Positions 1 through 13,505 of a stretch of DNA of 64,000 nt are shown one piece after another. The DNA lies in assembly GCF_964213995.1 (NCBI RefSeq), contig NC_135821.1, positions 77,562,001-77,626,000 on the forward strand, given 5' to 3'. The notes beneath the pieces are model-generated. The model searched no databases and was not told where the DNA came from. It was given only the letters and a program-made list of their open reading frames with translations. Origin of the DNA: Mustelus asterias. Its lineage: Eukaryota. The position numbers and the translations under genes were made by a program. The first letter of the stretch is position 1, and each line of letters starts with the position of its first letter.

Positions 1-1754
1 AAAGTTTTTATAAATATATAAAAAGGAATAGAGTGGCTAGAGTGAATGTTGGACCCTTGGAGGACGAGAGGGGGGAGTTAATAGTGGGAAATGAGGATAT
101 GGCTGAGTCTTTAAATAAGTTTTTTGTGTCGGTCTTCACGGTGGAGGACACAAATAGTTTGCCAAATATTAACGATAGAGGGTTGGCAGCAGAAGAAATA
201 CTTAATACAATTAATGTTACCAGAGAGGCAGTGCTGGGTAGACTAATGGGACTGAAGGTGGACAAGTCCCCGGGTCCGGATGGAATGCATCCCAGGGTAT
301 TGAAAGAAATGTCAGAGGTAATAGTGGATGCGTTAGTGATTATTTATCAAAACTCGTTGCATTCTGGGGTAGTGCCGGTTGATTGGAAAACGGCTAATGT
401 TACGCCGCTGTTTAAAAAAGGAAGGAGACAAAAGGCGGGTAACTATAGGCCGGTCAGCTTAACGTCTGTAGTAGGGAAAATGCTGGAATCCATTATTAAA
501 GAGGAGATAGCAGGGCATCTGGATAGAAATGGTTCGATCAATCAGACGCAGCATGGATTCATGAGGGGAAAGTCGTGCTTGACGAACATGTTGGATTTTT
601 ATGAAGATGTGACTAGGGCGGTTGATGGAGGAGAACCGGTGGATGCGGTGTTTTTGGATTTCCAAAAGGCGTTTGATAAGGTGCCCCATAAAAGGCTACT
701 GAAGAAGATTAGGGCACACGGAGTTGGGGGTAGTGTGTTAAAGTGGATTGGGGACTGGCTATCCGACAGGAAGCAAAGAGTCGGAATAAATGGGTGTTTT
801 TCCGGTTGGAGGAAGGTAACTAGTGGCGTGCCGCAGGGATCGGTACTCGGGCCGCAACTGTTTACCATTTATATAGATGATCTGGAGGAGGGGACGGAGT
901 GTAGGGTAACGAAGTTTGCAGACGACACAAAGATAAGTGGAAAAGTGAATCGTGTGGAGGACGGAGAAGATCTGCAGAGAGATTTGGACAGGCTGAGTGA
1001 GTGGGCGAGGATATGGCAAATGGAGTATAACGTTGAGAAATGCGAGGTTATACACTTTGGAGGAAATAATAACAAATGGGATTACTAAGTCAATGGAAAC
1101 AAATTAAAACATGCTACCGTGCAAAGGGACCTGGGGGTCCTTGTGCATGAGACGCAAAAGCCCAGTCTGCAGGTACAACAGGTGATCAAGAAGGCAAATG
1201 GGATGTTGGCCTATATTGCGAAGGGGATAGAATATAAAAGCAGGGATGTCTTGATGCACCTGTACAGGGCATTGGTGAGGCCGCAGCTGGAATACTGTGT
1301 GCAGTATTGGTCCCCTTATATGAGGAAGGATATATTGGCATTGGAGGGAGTGCAGAGAAGGTTCACCAGGTTGATACCGGAGATGAGGGGTTTGGATTAT
1401 GAGGAGAGGCTGAGGAGATTGGGTTTGTACTCGTTGGAGTTTAGAAGGATGAGGGGGGATCTTATGGAGACTTATAAGATAATGCGGGGGCTGGATAGGG
1501 TGGAGGCGGAGAGATTCTTTCCACTTAGTAAGGAAGTTAAAACTAGAGGACACAGCCTCAAAATAAAGGGGGGTCGGTTTAAGACAGAGTTGAGGAGGAA
1601 CTTCTTCTCCCAGAGGGTGGTGAATCTCTGGAATTCTCTGCCCACTGAGGTGGTGGAGGCTACCTCGCTGAATATGTTTAAAGCGCGGATGGATGGATTC
1701 CTGATCGGTAAGGGAATTAAGGGTTATGGGGATCAGGCGGGTAAGTGGTACTGA
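1..1754 (+). pseudogene. CR1 ORF2 reverse transcriptase portion, broken by one in-frame stop (TAA 1086-1088)
   Basis: ORFs 33-1088 and 1119-1754 share a frame; the paralog near 54560 reads DYYLNG where this copy reads DY*VNG. Confidence 0.9.
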
Positions 1755-1860
1755 TCCACGTCAGATCAGCCATGATCTTATTGAATGGCGGGGCAGGCTC
1801 GGGGGGCTAGATGGCCTACTCCTGCTCCTATTTCTTATGTTCTTATGTTCTTATGTTCTT
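1..1860 (+). mobile_element. CR1 LINE (young subfamily A1), 3' part; runs off the window's left edge
   Basis: RT motifs [39 protein letters not shown]; C-terminal TRGH...FFSQRVVNLWNSLP; 3' UTR ends in (TTCTTATG)n at about 1832-1860. Confidence 0.95.
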
Positions 1861-1987
1861 AATGGCCTTGCAAGCCACTCAACTGTATTCAATCAAGTAG
1901 GTAAATCACCACTATATTTTCAAGAGCAATTAGGAGCAATAAATACTGGCCTTGCCTATTTATCTTGCGAATTAATTTTAAAAAATA
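1859..1987 (+). mobile_element. 3' part of family-B SINE
   Basis: gcaagccactca...gcaattaggagcaataaatactggccttgcc matches the tails at about 57140-57243 and 58845-58916. Confidence 0.6.
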
Positions 1988-1994
1988 CTTAGAC

Positions 1995-2948
1995 AAATGC
2001 AAGGATCAGCAGAAATCTAACAATGTGAGTTATAACGGGTAACAATGAAAGTAACAAAGTGAAAAATGGGTAATGCAAAAAACTCGCAATGGATATCAAA
2101 ACTAACTGCAAAATGTTTATAAATATATTAGGAGAGCGTGGGAGGAAGTAGTCTCTTATAGATAGATACAGGCAAGTCTATAAATATTGTTAAAGAGTAC
2201 TTTGCATCCATTTTCACAGCGGAAGAAAATTACAAACTCCTGGTGGTACAAAGGAGCCTGAAAATAAGCCAAGGAGAGATGCTCAATTAACTTAAAACTA
2301 GTTAAAAATGGTAATGAAGAAAGTAACGTAACTTAAAATTGGCAATTCTCCAGGTCTGATGGTTTCCATCTCCGATTACCAAGAGAAATGGGCAGGAGAT
2401 GGGAAATATTTTAGTCAGAATTTTCCCAAGTTTTCTAGATTCAGTGCAATGAAACACAGGCTGGTACTTGGTTGGACAGAGGAGGTAGTGATAAAGGCTT
2501 TCGATTGGCAGAATATGACAGATTGCACTCAGTAGGGGTCTACACCAGAACCTCAGTTCTTCAATATTAATGACTTGGATGAACAGAGCGTTAAATATTC
2601 AGTCTGCAGATTACACTTAGGAAGTAAAGTAAGTTGCGTAGAATTGAGCAGGAAGTCACAAAGGACCATGGGCAGGCCAAATGTGTCTGCACGATTATGG
2701 CTGATATGTGGGGAACCATGAGGTAATCTACTTTAAGATATAGGAAAGACAAGTTAATGGTGAGAAACTAGGAACTGCAGAGGAACAAAATGACTTGGCG
2801 CTCATAATCAAAAATGATAATGGAATGTTCGCATTCATCACAGGGGATTTGGAATATAAAAGTGAAAAGGGTAACATTTCAGTTGTTACTTTGATCCCAC
2901 AAACAGTACGGATGACTGTTTTGGGCACCAACCTCAGGAAAGATGTAT
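1995..2948 (+). mobile_element. Old, heavily decayed CR1 ORF2 relic; its 3' end continues at about 3545-3965
   Basis: Residual SPG.DG.H.R near 2345, ttggaatataaaagt near 2850, ctggaactctc near 3790. Confidence 0.65.
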
Positions 2949-2949
2949 A

Positions 2950-3545
2950 AAACCAAAATTTGCAGATGCTGGAAATCTGAAGAAAATGCTGAATTTTTTT
3001 TTTATTCGTGGGACTTGGACATCGGTGGCTGGCCAGTGTTTATTGCCAATCCCTAGTTGCTCTTGAGAAAGTGGTGGTGAGCTGCTTTCTTGACCATCGA
3101 GTGGCTTGCTAGGCTATTTCGGGGGCAGTTGAGAGTCAATCACATTGCTCTGGAGTCACATGTAGGCCAGACCAGGTAAAGAAGGTAGATTTCCTTCCCT
3201 AAAGGACATTGGTGAACCAGATGGGTTTTTCTGATGATCGACAATGGTTTCATGGTCATCAGTAGATTCTGAATTTAACTTCTACCATCTGCTGTGGCTG
3301 GATTCAAACCCAGGTCCCCAGAACATGAGCTCGGTTTCTGGATTGATAGTCAAGCGATAATACCACTAGGCCATCGCCTCCCCAGGCAGCCTCTGTGGAC
3401 AGAGAAACAGAGTTAGCGTTTCAGGTCAATGACCTTTTGTTAGATGTTCTGATAAATGGTAATTGACCCAAAACACTAACGGTTTCTATCTCCACAGATC
3501 CTGCCTGATCTGCTGAGTGTTTTCAGCATTTTCAGTTTATATCTC
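2950..3545. mobile_element. Palindromic (fold-back) short element, probably PLE-terminus-derived, interrupted by a SINE at 2993-3383
   Basis: caggcagcctctgtggacagagaaac...gtttctatctccacagatcctgcctg forms an imperfect inverted repeat centred near 3445; gaaaatgctgaa (2981) pairs with ttcagcattttc (3522). Confidence 0.65.
2993..3383 (-). mobile_element. Family-B tRNA-headed SINE, full length
   Basis: Minus strand starts GGGGAGGCGATGGCCTAGTGGTA (A box) with GGTTTGAATCC (B box); body tttagggaaggaaatct; A-rich tail. Confidence 0.85.
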
Positions 3546-3967
3546 CAGAAAAATGGTGGTCTTGGGAGGGGTTTCAGCACAGGTTCACCAGAGCTTGGGT
3601 TGTAATCCCTTGAGTTCAGAGGTTGAATGGGGTTTTAACAGAAGCATTTAAAATGATAAAGGGTTTTGATATGGTGGATACAAGTAAATTATTCTCTCCT
3701 ATGGGTGTTTCAAGTACAAAGAGGATAAATCTTAAAATGAGACCTGATTCCATAAAAGTGAAATGAAAAAGCAATTTTTCCACAGTAAGTCTGGAACTCT
3801 CACTCTCCCCCAGTGGCAAAGAATGTTTGGTCAATTGAAATTTTCAAGACAAATCTATTCAGTTTTGCTAGTTAAATGCATTTGGGAATATGGAGCAGTG
3901 TGGGCAAATGGAGTTCAGATACACTCTCACCTCAGAGTCATGAATGAAGCAGATAATCTAGAATGAC

Positions 3968-4308
3968 ACTCTGCTAAGGGAATGATGTACAGTCGGATGT
4001 GTCATCATTCAAATGGGACATCAACCCATGGCACTGTTTAGATGAATGTTATTAAAAAAACCCGATGGCATTACTTGAAAAAGGTTGAAGAGCTCCCTTC
4101 TGGGTTCCTGATCAACATTTCTCTGTCAGTCAACACCAACAAAACCGTATCAACCGGTCAGTCATATCCTTTGCTGCTTGAGGGTCTTCAGTGTTTGCGA
4201 ATTGGTTGTCCATAGTTTGTCAACTTAACAACAGTACTGTTTGTGAAGTGCTTTAAAATGTTTGGAGGATGTGATCACGTAATTTAAAATGCAAGTTCTT
4301 CCTTTTTA
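3968..4308 (+). mobile_element. Decayed Deu-domain SINE (SacSINE1/AmnSINE1-like)
   Basis: Colinear with 18085-18453; tail aaatgcaagttcttcc. Confidence 0.6.
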
Positions 4309-5886
4309 GCTATTGAAGCTGAGTCAATCGCAACATTTGAGAGAGCATGAAATACACGGAAAGAACACAGAAGTGGAATTCTGGTAGGTGACTCGAACAT
4401 GGAGCTATCAGCAGCAAATGGCTTTGATACTTCAATTTCAATGATTCTGTATTTACAATGCAACTTCTGTTACTCTATGATACTGGACATTGCTCAGGAT
4501 TCTAAAATCTTTGAAAAATAGGAGTGAAGGAATCATCTTTTCCAACATTACAATAGTAGCCACACTTGAAAAGTTCTTCGATAGTTGTGAAATGCTTTGT
4601 GTGTTCTGTGGATGTGAAACGGCAAAATGTAAGTGCAAGTCTTTCTTTTCTTTCGAATTAGCACTTGATACTCTGCTAAAAATTGATTGTAACTGAGAAA
4701 CTAAGCACCTGGGCGTAATAAACATGAGAAATAGCAAGGAAGCATCTTGTTGCCGATTTCTGCAAGGGTGGTTTCACTACAGGGGCAGAGAATTTTTAAG
4801 AGCAGGAAGTCATGTGACCAGTCCATTTTATCTGATCTATAATTCACTTTGTTACCTTTGCAGTTCTTTCTCCAAAGCATATGACTGTCTCCTGAACTCA
4901 TTTACAGCGCTTCAATGGCTTTTCGTCATCACTTACTGCTGATGCTTATTATGCGTATTTGAAGTAATTTTGTTGGAATTCCCTTTTCTTCCAATTATGC
5001 AACACCCTGATTATTTTGTCATTGAAACCATACACTGAGGCTGATGATGTCAACTGTTGTTCTATCATAATCCTTTCATGATCAATTCACTGTATACCTG
5101 TTCCATTTAACACAACTTGTTCAATTTGGATTCTTGTTCACACAGTAATTATTTCAAATTTGTCACAGATCCATTAACGATTAGCACCCTGCTTGCAATG
5201 CTGCAAACAATTTCTTCTGCTTTCAATTTAATCTTCCTTTGGATAACATATATATTCCCATTTATATGCATGTTTGATTGCCCTTTTATATTTTCCTGCC
5301 TTTCTGCATTTGTCTCTGTTCATGCACTGCAGCCCATGCACTGCATTCAAGATGTCTAACAGTACTGCTTGTGAGCTGGTTTCTAAGTGGTGCAGAAATT
5401 AAGGCAAGGATAAAATCTTCCAAATTCTGGCATCAATACTTTACGTGCAGAACTATTGAAAGACAGCAGTCAGATGATCAGTATATTCCCTTTGTTAATT
5501 CTTAAATTCTAGTATTTATCAATCTGCATTTTACTGTGATAGGAAGACGGTGGGATTCTCTGTCTGCTTTGTAAAGAGCCTATGGTGACCATTTCCTTTC
5601 ATCCTGAATGTCTGATTTTAATTACAAAAATTGCAAACTTGATGTTGCACCTAAATACAGTCAAGCTCGCTGACAGCGAGTTTGAATAAAGTGAATTTTG
5701 CTTTATAATGAATTGTGATGTTTCAATGCATTTACTGAACAGTTACAAATTGACTATTCCAATGCCAATCTGAATCCTATTCTGTTTAGTGATGAAGTTA
5801 CTGACAGGTCAGTAAAACTACAGTAGATATGGGCGTTTAGGGCAACCTTTGAAACCTTCAAAATATTTTCCAAAAACAGGAGTTGT

Positions 5887-5999
5887 AGGGCAGGATTCTC
5901 CGATCTCATCCGTGGCCACCCACTGCAAGTGAGAATGGAGAATTTGGCATTCCAGCCAAAACGCCATTCACTTTCAGCGGCACCAGAGAATCCCAGCCA
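5887..5999. mobile_element. MITE-like short element with terminal inverted repeats
   Basis: gggcaggattctc ... gagaatcccagcc; related ends near 18475 and 33955. Confidence 0.55.
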
Positions 6000-6207
6000 T
6001 GAACGAGGTTGGAGGTTTTTGGCAAAGGAACATGTAAAAAGATGAACCACAAGCATGGGTGGTCAGCATCTTCCTCATTCGGCACATAGGGTCTGCTCTG
6101 TGTGGGTGTGTCTAAACTCACGTGCATCTTGCAATACAGCTTGTAATGCCTGCTTGATCCTTGGCACTCTGTTATAAAGCAAGTAAAACATCCACTTGCG
6201 GGGTAAA

Positions 6208-6422
6208 CAGAAACATAAAAGATAGGAGCAGGAGGAGGCCATTCAGCCCTTAGAGCCTGCTCCACCATTCATCATGATCATGGCTGATCGTCCAACTCAA
6301 TAGCCTGATACTGCTTTCTCCCCATAACCTTTGATCCCGTTCGCCCCATAACCTTTGATCCCGTTCGCCCCACGTGCTATATCCAACCGCCTCTTGAATA
6401 CATTCAATGTTTTGGCATCAAG
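6208..6422 (-). mobile_element. CR1 3' end fragment with an internal tandem duplication of about 25 bp
   Basis: aaacataaaagataggagcaggag...; ccccataacctttgatcccgttcg repeated at about 6320-6372. Confidence 0.85.
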
Positions 6423-7859
6423 TGTAAAAAAGGAGGCTGATTACTAATGTGAGTAGGACATATTGTGGCTGAAAAAATAGTGAGGGAGTAATCACATAAT
6501 ACACTCAGTATATGCAAAACATGACGTTTGGAGCGGAAAAAGTGGGGTTGATGTATAGGCTGCAATCTGTGGTAAACGCAAGATATCGCTATGCTTTGCC
6601 ATGACAATGGATCATCAAGGATCTTTACTGCAAGAGTTCCTGATCTCAACTGCACTGAAGGAACTGTGCTGAGGGACAACAGGTGCTAGTGGGAAAGGGA
6701 TACATGATGCACAAACCTAACTCGTGCTTCTGTATTGTCTAATGACCAGTTGAATAATGGAATTAACAGGGATTTTGAGAATGCTATTTTGTACACAGAA
6801 ATGGAACAAATTCAATGGGTGCGTTTAGAATAATGAAAATAAGTAAATCCGTCAATATTTGGGAGAGATGCGCATAATGTTTTTCTTGGTCCAGAATATT
6901 ACTTTTGACATGATTGTAATAAAATATTGTGCAACTTATTTTGCATTCCAATATCCCACGAGTTGAACAGAACGAAAGCCAATTTCCTTGTTCCAACTTT
7001 AGACCTCTGTGGGAAATGCATTAAATGTAATTAAGTTACACAAGGGGCTGTATTTTCACCTCCTGATTGGAACAGTTGGAATAGAATCAAGGAATCAAGG
7101 AAGCTAAAACCTTTACTTTTTTCACTGCAAAAATGAATTTCCTCTCACTTCTCAACCCCAAAGTGTTTTGTGTGGCGTTTTCACAGGTCAGGAAAGCCTT
7201 GGGTTTTGTAAGCCCTAAAAAAAGCCCTGTCTCATTAGAGAGTTTGTGACCACGAGGGAAGCCTGCTGAGGAGGGGGCAACATCATGAAAGATAAATATT
7301 AAATGTTATAACTTCAAATATCACTTAGTTGTTTTATTGTAACGTAGATGTGTTTTAACTGCAGTGATTCATAATAAGGCTCTGTCCTGAAAAAGCAAGT
7401 CGAGCATTACATTGACTACCACAGTTTAAGTGTTAAGAAGGATTTGAGAACTTTGCCCATTGCATTCAAAATTGTAGAAAAATGTGCTGGGAAAACTGTC
7501 GTGACTTGGACCGGGATTTAAAAACTAGGAGATCTTCAGTTTTAAAGAAATACCATTCTTTTGAAAGCAAAAAGACAAAGCATTTGCTCCATTCTACTGA
7601 TTGACAGAAAAAGAAATTCAACACCATCTACATTTTGGCATAACATGTTGTTTTAGTTTCAATCGCCTGCATTGCTTAGGTTTCCCAAGGTTTATTATAG
7701 TTGAACCTATTACAAATGCTTGGCTGAGTTTCAAAAGCACAAAAAACACTTACCTTCAAGTAGCCTCATTTATTATAAAAAAGGAAATTCTATACAAGTA
7801 CCTCGTTAAATAATGATTCATTTTGCTTTGATCTTTACTGACTTGTCCTGTGTTTGACT

Positions 7860-8755
7860 TATTCAAAATCTTTTTCACCCATTCCCTTAGAATTAAAATC
7901 TTTGTTTCTACCTTCATAGTTTCTCGCTATTTACCCCGACAGTACCCTTTAATAGTTTGAAAATCTCAATCAAATTACCCTTAACTTCTAAATTCTAGGA
8001 AGTTTGTGAATCTCTCATATTTGAACATTGGAATTCAGGAATCATTCAGGTAAATCTATGCTGTACTTCCTGCTTACAATGACTCCAAGTCTAACCAGGG
8101 TTTCATATAGCTGAAACATGACTTCTACCTTTTTCTATTTCATTCTGCTAGATAAGAAAACCATTGGTCTTTCTGATTATTTTCTGGTATTGGAAAATCA
8201 TGGTATGTACCTTGAACCCCATATTTTGTGTTGGCCTCCAAAGTTTCAATGTTACACCAATTAAAAGTACATGATCTCTCATTTGTCTACATTGAAATCC
8301 ATTTGCTGGTTTTGCTCAGTTACTGAATCTAGCAATATCACTTTGCAATATTATGCTTCCATCTACACTGCTTACAGTGCCAACTATCTTTGATGTATCT
8401 AAAGATTTGAATATGTAGTTTTCTAAGTGATCAAAGTCATTAATAAATATGAATAGTTCACGCCCCACAGATCCTGTGGGACACCACCAGTAACATTCTA
8501 CCAATTAGAGTACCATCATCCTGTCTCTCTATCTCCTGTCATTCAGTCAATTTTCTAGCCATGGTCAATAATTAGCCTTCAGTTCCATGAGCTTCAACTT
8601 CAGTAACAGTCTGTTATGAGAAACTTCTTCAAATGTTTTCTGCAAAACCATATAAATAACATCCATTGATATTCCTCTATCGTCTACATCTACCTGTTCA
8701 AAATATTTAATCAAGTTTGTCAGGCAGATATATTCTTTGCAAATCCATTATAGAT
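7860..8755 (-). mobile_element. Old CR1 ORF2 relic
   Basis: Reverse strand carries a G.P.GSV motif (ggacaccaccag near 8480) and a decayed DF.K.F motif near 8640. Confidence 0.6.
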
Positions 8756-8756
8756 C

Positions 8757-8780
8757 TCACACACACACACACACAAACAC
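8757..8780. repeat. (CA)n microsatellite
   Basis: cacacacacacacacacaaacac. Confidence 0.9.
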
Positions 8781-9829
8781 AATCCTATAATCATAGTTAT
8801 GTAGCAATTTAATTTATAATCTATTTTAAGTGAAAAACCCTTTACCTCAGGAAGTCTGTCACGTCATCAGTTTTCTGTATCTACTGGTTATTCATTTTAT
8901 AAGCTATCCTCTACAATAACACTGGCTTCTTTTTAGATATTGATACTGTCTTTTGGAAGTTAGGAAAAGTGGTCCCTGAAGGCATTAATGGCTTTAAAAG
9001 GGGCTATTCATGCAGTAAAGTTTGATAGCCACTGCAAAATGATATTGTGAGTAGTCTAAAGAAGATACACAGCTGAACTTCATAGTTTACTGAAAAATAA
9101 ACCAGCAGTGAATTGGACTTCATGCTATACGCCCACATAACTCAATAGTAGCTTGCTGAAAAATAAACTAAGTCAAACATTGAATCCTCTAGGTAAAATA
9201 AACAACAGGGCTCCACACATTTAACCATTATGTTTGCTAAGTAAAGTTGAGCTAGAACACAGTTCAAGCAATCTTGTTATAGCGCAACTTTTGATCTAAC
9301 AAAGTGCTGTTGTAATACTAGAATCTTATTGAGAGGGATTCCATCATATTACATCAGTCATATAATGACACCATACTTCCACATACCAACATAAAATAAA
9401 TATGCAATGGATTAAACAGACTTACAGTTTTTAATATTTCCAAGTTAAACACACATTAAGAACTCTCAAACATACAACACACCAAATTCCACATATAATG
9501 CTGCCAAAATCCACAGCCATTTTGAAACAAAATCGGGACAGGAAGATCAAATTCAGTGGTAGAATGATACAAAATAGATCAGACATTCGACCCATCAAAA
9601 AATGTACTGGTGCTTTATTTTTTGCATACAAACCACCTTGTCTAACGCCAACTCTTATGCCCTCTACCCTTTAATATTCCCCTTTGTCATGCAAATGTAC
9701 AATTACCTTGTAAAAGAATGTAGTTTTTTGCAATGGTTTGAAGTATGATTAGCATCTGGAAAAAAATGTAGCCTTTTTAATTCTGAGATTACCTTAAATT
9801 TATGCCCCCTTGATATCATACAAAAACTA

Positions 9830-10185
9830 AGAAACTAAGATACAAGGATTCATGCAAGCGAGACATCATTTCACGCCAGACTGACTTCAATAACTGGAAA
9901 CAGTCTGCACATGACTGAAGCACTCGGCGCCGAAGTCTCCACTGTGGAGCATGGAAACTCGAAGAACTATGTCTTCAAATTACCACAGAAAAGCGTCGTT
10001 GCTGGAAGGAGCATGCGACAGTTGCCCCGGTATTAGGGAATGATGACCTATGATGCCCCATTGCACTGACAATGCCTTACTCAATTTGGACTTTGTACAC
10101 CCTCACAACAGTAGATGCGAATCATTGACAATGATGCTATGTCAAAGAAATAGTATTACCATTTCACTGACCAGCAGTAGCAGTC
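9830..10185 (+). mobile_element. RTE-clade LINE 3' end, inserted in an old minus-strand CR1 3' relic (about 9590-10300)
   Basis: Translates LRYKDSCKRDI...NWKQSAHD.S..RR...G....E.......KRR, followed by a CxxC..C....GL remnant, typical of RTE ORF C-termini. Confidence 0.7.
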
Positions 10186-10929
10186 TATTCTTATCATAAC
10201 TCAAAACTTTGAAGACCTCGATTAGATCAACCTTCCCTGCATTATTGGAATAATCCCAAAATTCTCTTAACTAAAATCCCTCATTCCTCGGTAACATCCC
10301 AGTGAATTATCATGTGATTGCTGCTTGCCTTGTATAAACACCACTGATCTATCAAGACAAAGTTTGCACATTCTGTATAGGATTACGAATCTTCTCGATT
10401 AACAGTTCCGATGGCTCTCTAACTGAATAGTCTTTCTCTTTCACAAACTAACTTAATCTGGTGCGCTTCCATCATCTGCAATTTATTTTAAATTTTTATC
10501 TATACCACTTTTGATATTTGAGCCAAAGTACTGGCTGCGGAGGCCTTCATTTGAGCCCAATCATACCCGACATGCTTGAAGCACAACATTTTCTAGCAGG
10601 GATATTGATCGAAGAGTCAGAATGCTGGCTGGCTCCCCCTCACCACCTTCCCCCATCCCCCCAATTCATAATCAGTTTTAGAATATTAATTGTGTAAAGA
10701 AAAGCATCAGTGTTTTACAAGCACAATAGGCAAAACAAAGGAAAAACTCAGTTTGATGGTCAAATGAACAAGAAACAGTCAAAGAACAGGATGGCTAGAA
10801 GACTTGGAGAGATGCACGATGTTGGAAAAGAATTCTGGGGGAAGGGGCCGAATAGTTAAAGAACAGCCTCCAATGACAAAGTCGAGAGTGTAGTCAATTT
10901 GCACTAATGTGCTTCAGTGGCAAGAAAGC

Positions 10930-11375
10930 AAAAAGAAATGCATTTATAAAACACCTTTCAAAACCTCCAGAACATCACAATGCTTCACAATCAGTTGAGC
11001 ACTTTTGATGTATAGTCACTTTTGTAGAAAATGGACAACCAATTTGTACACAGCAAGCTCCCACGAACAGCAATGTGATAATGACCAGATGATTTTCTTT
11101 TGTGATGCTGATTGAGAGATAAATATTAGCCAGGGCACAAGGGATAAGTCCATGGTTCTTTAAAATAGAGCTGCGAGATCTTTTGCTTTCACCTGAAGGA
11201 GAGGTTGGGACCCCAGCTTAACTTATCAAAAAAGATGTAATCTTCAAAAGTGCAACACTCCCTCCAATTGCATTGGAATATCTTGGTTTTGTGCCCCACC
11301 TGGGAATGGGTCTTGAACCCACACCTTTTTGACTCAAAGGCCAGCATGCTATCAACTGAGCCATCCACGGCTGAC
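10930..11375 (-). mobile_element. Deu-domain SINE (SacSINE1-like), full length
   Basis: tRNA-like head on the minus strand (TGGCTCAGTTG...GGTTCAAGACC); Deu core atatttatctctcaatcagcatcac...cattatcacattgctgttcgtgggagcttgctgtg; tail tataaatgcatttctttt. Confidence 0.85.
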
Positions 11376-12134
11376 ACACCAAGAGGGCACATGCAGATCC
11401 ACACACTGATGGAGATCACCAACATAGGGTGGAGGGAGGTCATGGAGACAATTCATGAGGACACAAAAAGTCAGTGGAGCTTTGCAAGGATAGGGTAATG
11501 GTTGCGTAGAACCTTACCATACAGACAGAATAATCAGGTTTGGAGATGTTAGAGAAAGTTAGATTTCCTCTCTGTACATTCAGAAGCTGGAAATCCATTA
11601 AATTAAAAAGTCTTTAAATGGAAATCCTTTGAAAGTGGATAACTTTCAGCATTGCACGAGATCCTAAAAACGTTATAAAAGGGGCAGTAAAAACCTTATC
11701 ACTTCCCTTTCCCATTGAAAATGCGTTCAACTTTAAAGGAAACATCAACAAATGAACAAAAATTTTGTAAAACGTGAGACAAGTGACCAAAAGAATATTT
11801 AAATTGTTTAATAAAATCTGAATGATAAAATTACATACTCATGGTCATTTACACAGAGCAAGGGACAATTGTTTCCCAATTACAGTCACTAAACCTAGTC
11901 AATATTGGCTTTGCCACACCTTGAAGATGCATTTATTTTGAATGGAAAAGCTTTCACAGTTGAAGTCGATATTTAAAATATACATAGCTTCTTTACTACT
12001 TGATGCCACTGCCGACAGAACATTGCACACCAAGGGCAATTACTAAATTGGGGAGAGAAACTAAATTCCATGGGGCAATGGCTTTTCAACCAACCAAACC
12101 AGTTTCCTCCCTCTCCTCCTTTCCTGAAGGTCCA

Positions 12135-12460
12135 CCACCTCCTGAGGAACAAGCCATTTAGCCCCTTAAGCAATGAGATCATGGCAGATCAGCAACTTAA
12201 CTTCACTTGCACCAGTCTTTTCCCCACATCCCTTCATAAATTTGGCTACACAAATCCATCACCTCAGATTGAAAAATTAACATCAATTGCCATTTGCTTC
12301 AAACTTCCACTATTCTTTCCCGAAGAAATGCTTCCTAATTTCACTCCCGAAAGGTCTGGCTCTTATTTGTGGATTATGACAACTGGTCCTACAACCTACA
12401 AATATCATCAATAGCTTCTCCCCATTTTATACGCCTGATCTCCTAATGCTCAACATTTCA
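12135..12460 (-). mobile_element. Old CR1 3' end relic
   Basis: gccatttagcccc...tgagatcatggcagatc...gaagaaatgcttcctaatttc. Confidence 0.6.
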
Positions 12461-13374
12461 TTCAAGTGGCTGGTACCCACATATGAACATTAGAAGGGAT
12501 TAAAATGGAGTGGGGAGGGGGGTGAGGAGGACCACCTCCGATCCCATCCTAACTTCATATCTGCATGCGTTTTCCAGCAAGGGTCACTGAATATCAGGAA
12601 TAGGAAAAGATGGCCAATTTCATCACAGACTGCAGACATTTACACCTCAGCTGTTTATTAAACTAGCTGAGGTTTAGAGGAAGATGCTAGCTTATTTTAA
12701 CATTTTGATTCATTTCGGAATGCTTCATCTTCTGCACACTGAGTATAACGTCTGACTATGAATTATTTGGTATTGGTGATCTGGCTGTAAGAGCACAATG
12801 TTCCAACAAAATGAAATGAGAAGCAATAGAATCAATGGGCAAGTTAAATTTTAATTTCAATAACCTGAAATAGAGAAACCAGTAACAAATAATTTATTGA
12901 GATTCACAATGTGATATCAAAAACAAGGTCAAGGGAGCCATTAAGTCAATAAGTTGGAGAAACGTTAAACATAGTAACAACAATATCCATGAACTCCATT
13001 AAAAAGTATTACTCTCATTCTTTCCCATGTATTCACTCGCATCTCCTCAATCTGTGCTTGACTAATGCTCTGTCTAACTGTAAACAGTTGCAGTTTTTTG
13101 CTTTCCTTTCACTAACTTCAATCACTACCCTTCACCACTGGCCATCTAGCGAACCACTAGATTAACTGCAAGTCGCTGCTGGCCTGATTAAAGGCTATTT
13201 ATGGAAATGATGGGATGTATAAACATCTACTCCACCCAATTACTAGTTGATTCCACATCAGGAAATTAACCTGAGTGACCCATTTATTTTCTCATAAAAG
13301 AATTTTGATTGGACATTACTACATTGCTATTCAGATGCTGATTACTAATCAGTACAGCACCAAACTGATTCCTG

Positions 13375-13505
13375 TGCAAAATTTAACCAGGGTTTCCATT
13401 CCTGATCCACAATCTCCGACCCCTGCCGAAATGCACATGGTCATTAGCTGAGAACAAACTCCAGCTTAGCACTGATGCCCACAATATTGGCAAATAGCCC
13501 ATAAC
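13375..13505. mobile_element. Ancient SINE-like dispersed repeat; opposite-orientation copies at about 10535-10650, 12520-12625 and 41082-41200
   Basis: ccagggtttccattcctgatc...gacccctgc here, versus ccagcaagggtcactgaatatcaggaat (12573) and ggggacactggatggcatttaggagcagaaaccttgactgattttcccc (41147). Confidence 0.5.

Noticed and set aside
459-1553. Antisense ORFs over CR1 copies (also at 28690, 46170, 54584 and 61855)
   Set aside because: Shadow frames of RT coding sequence that recur only because the repeat recurs
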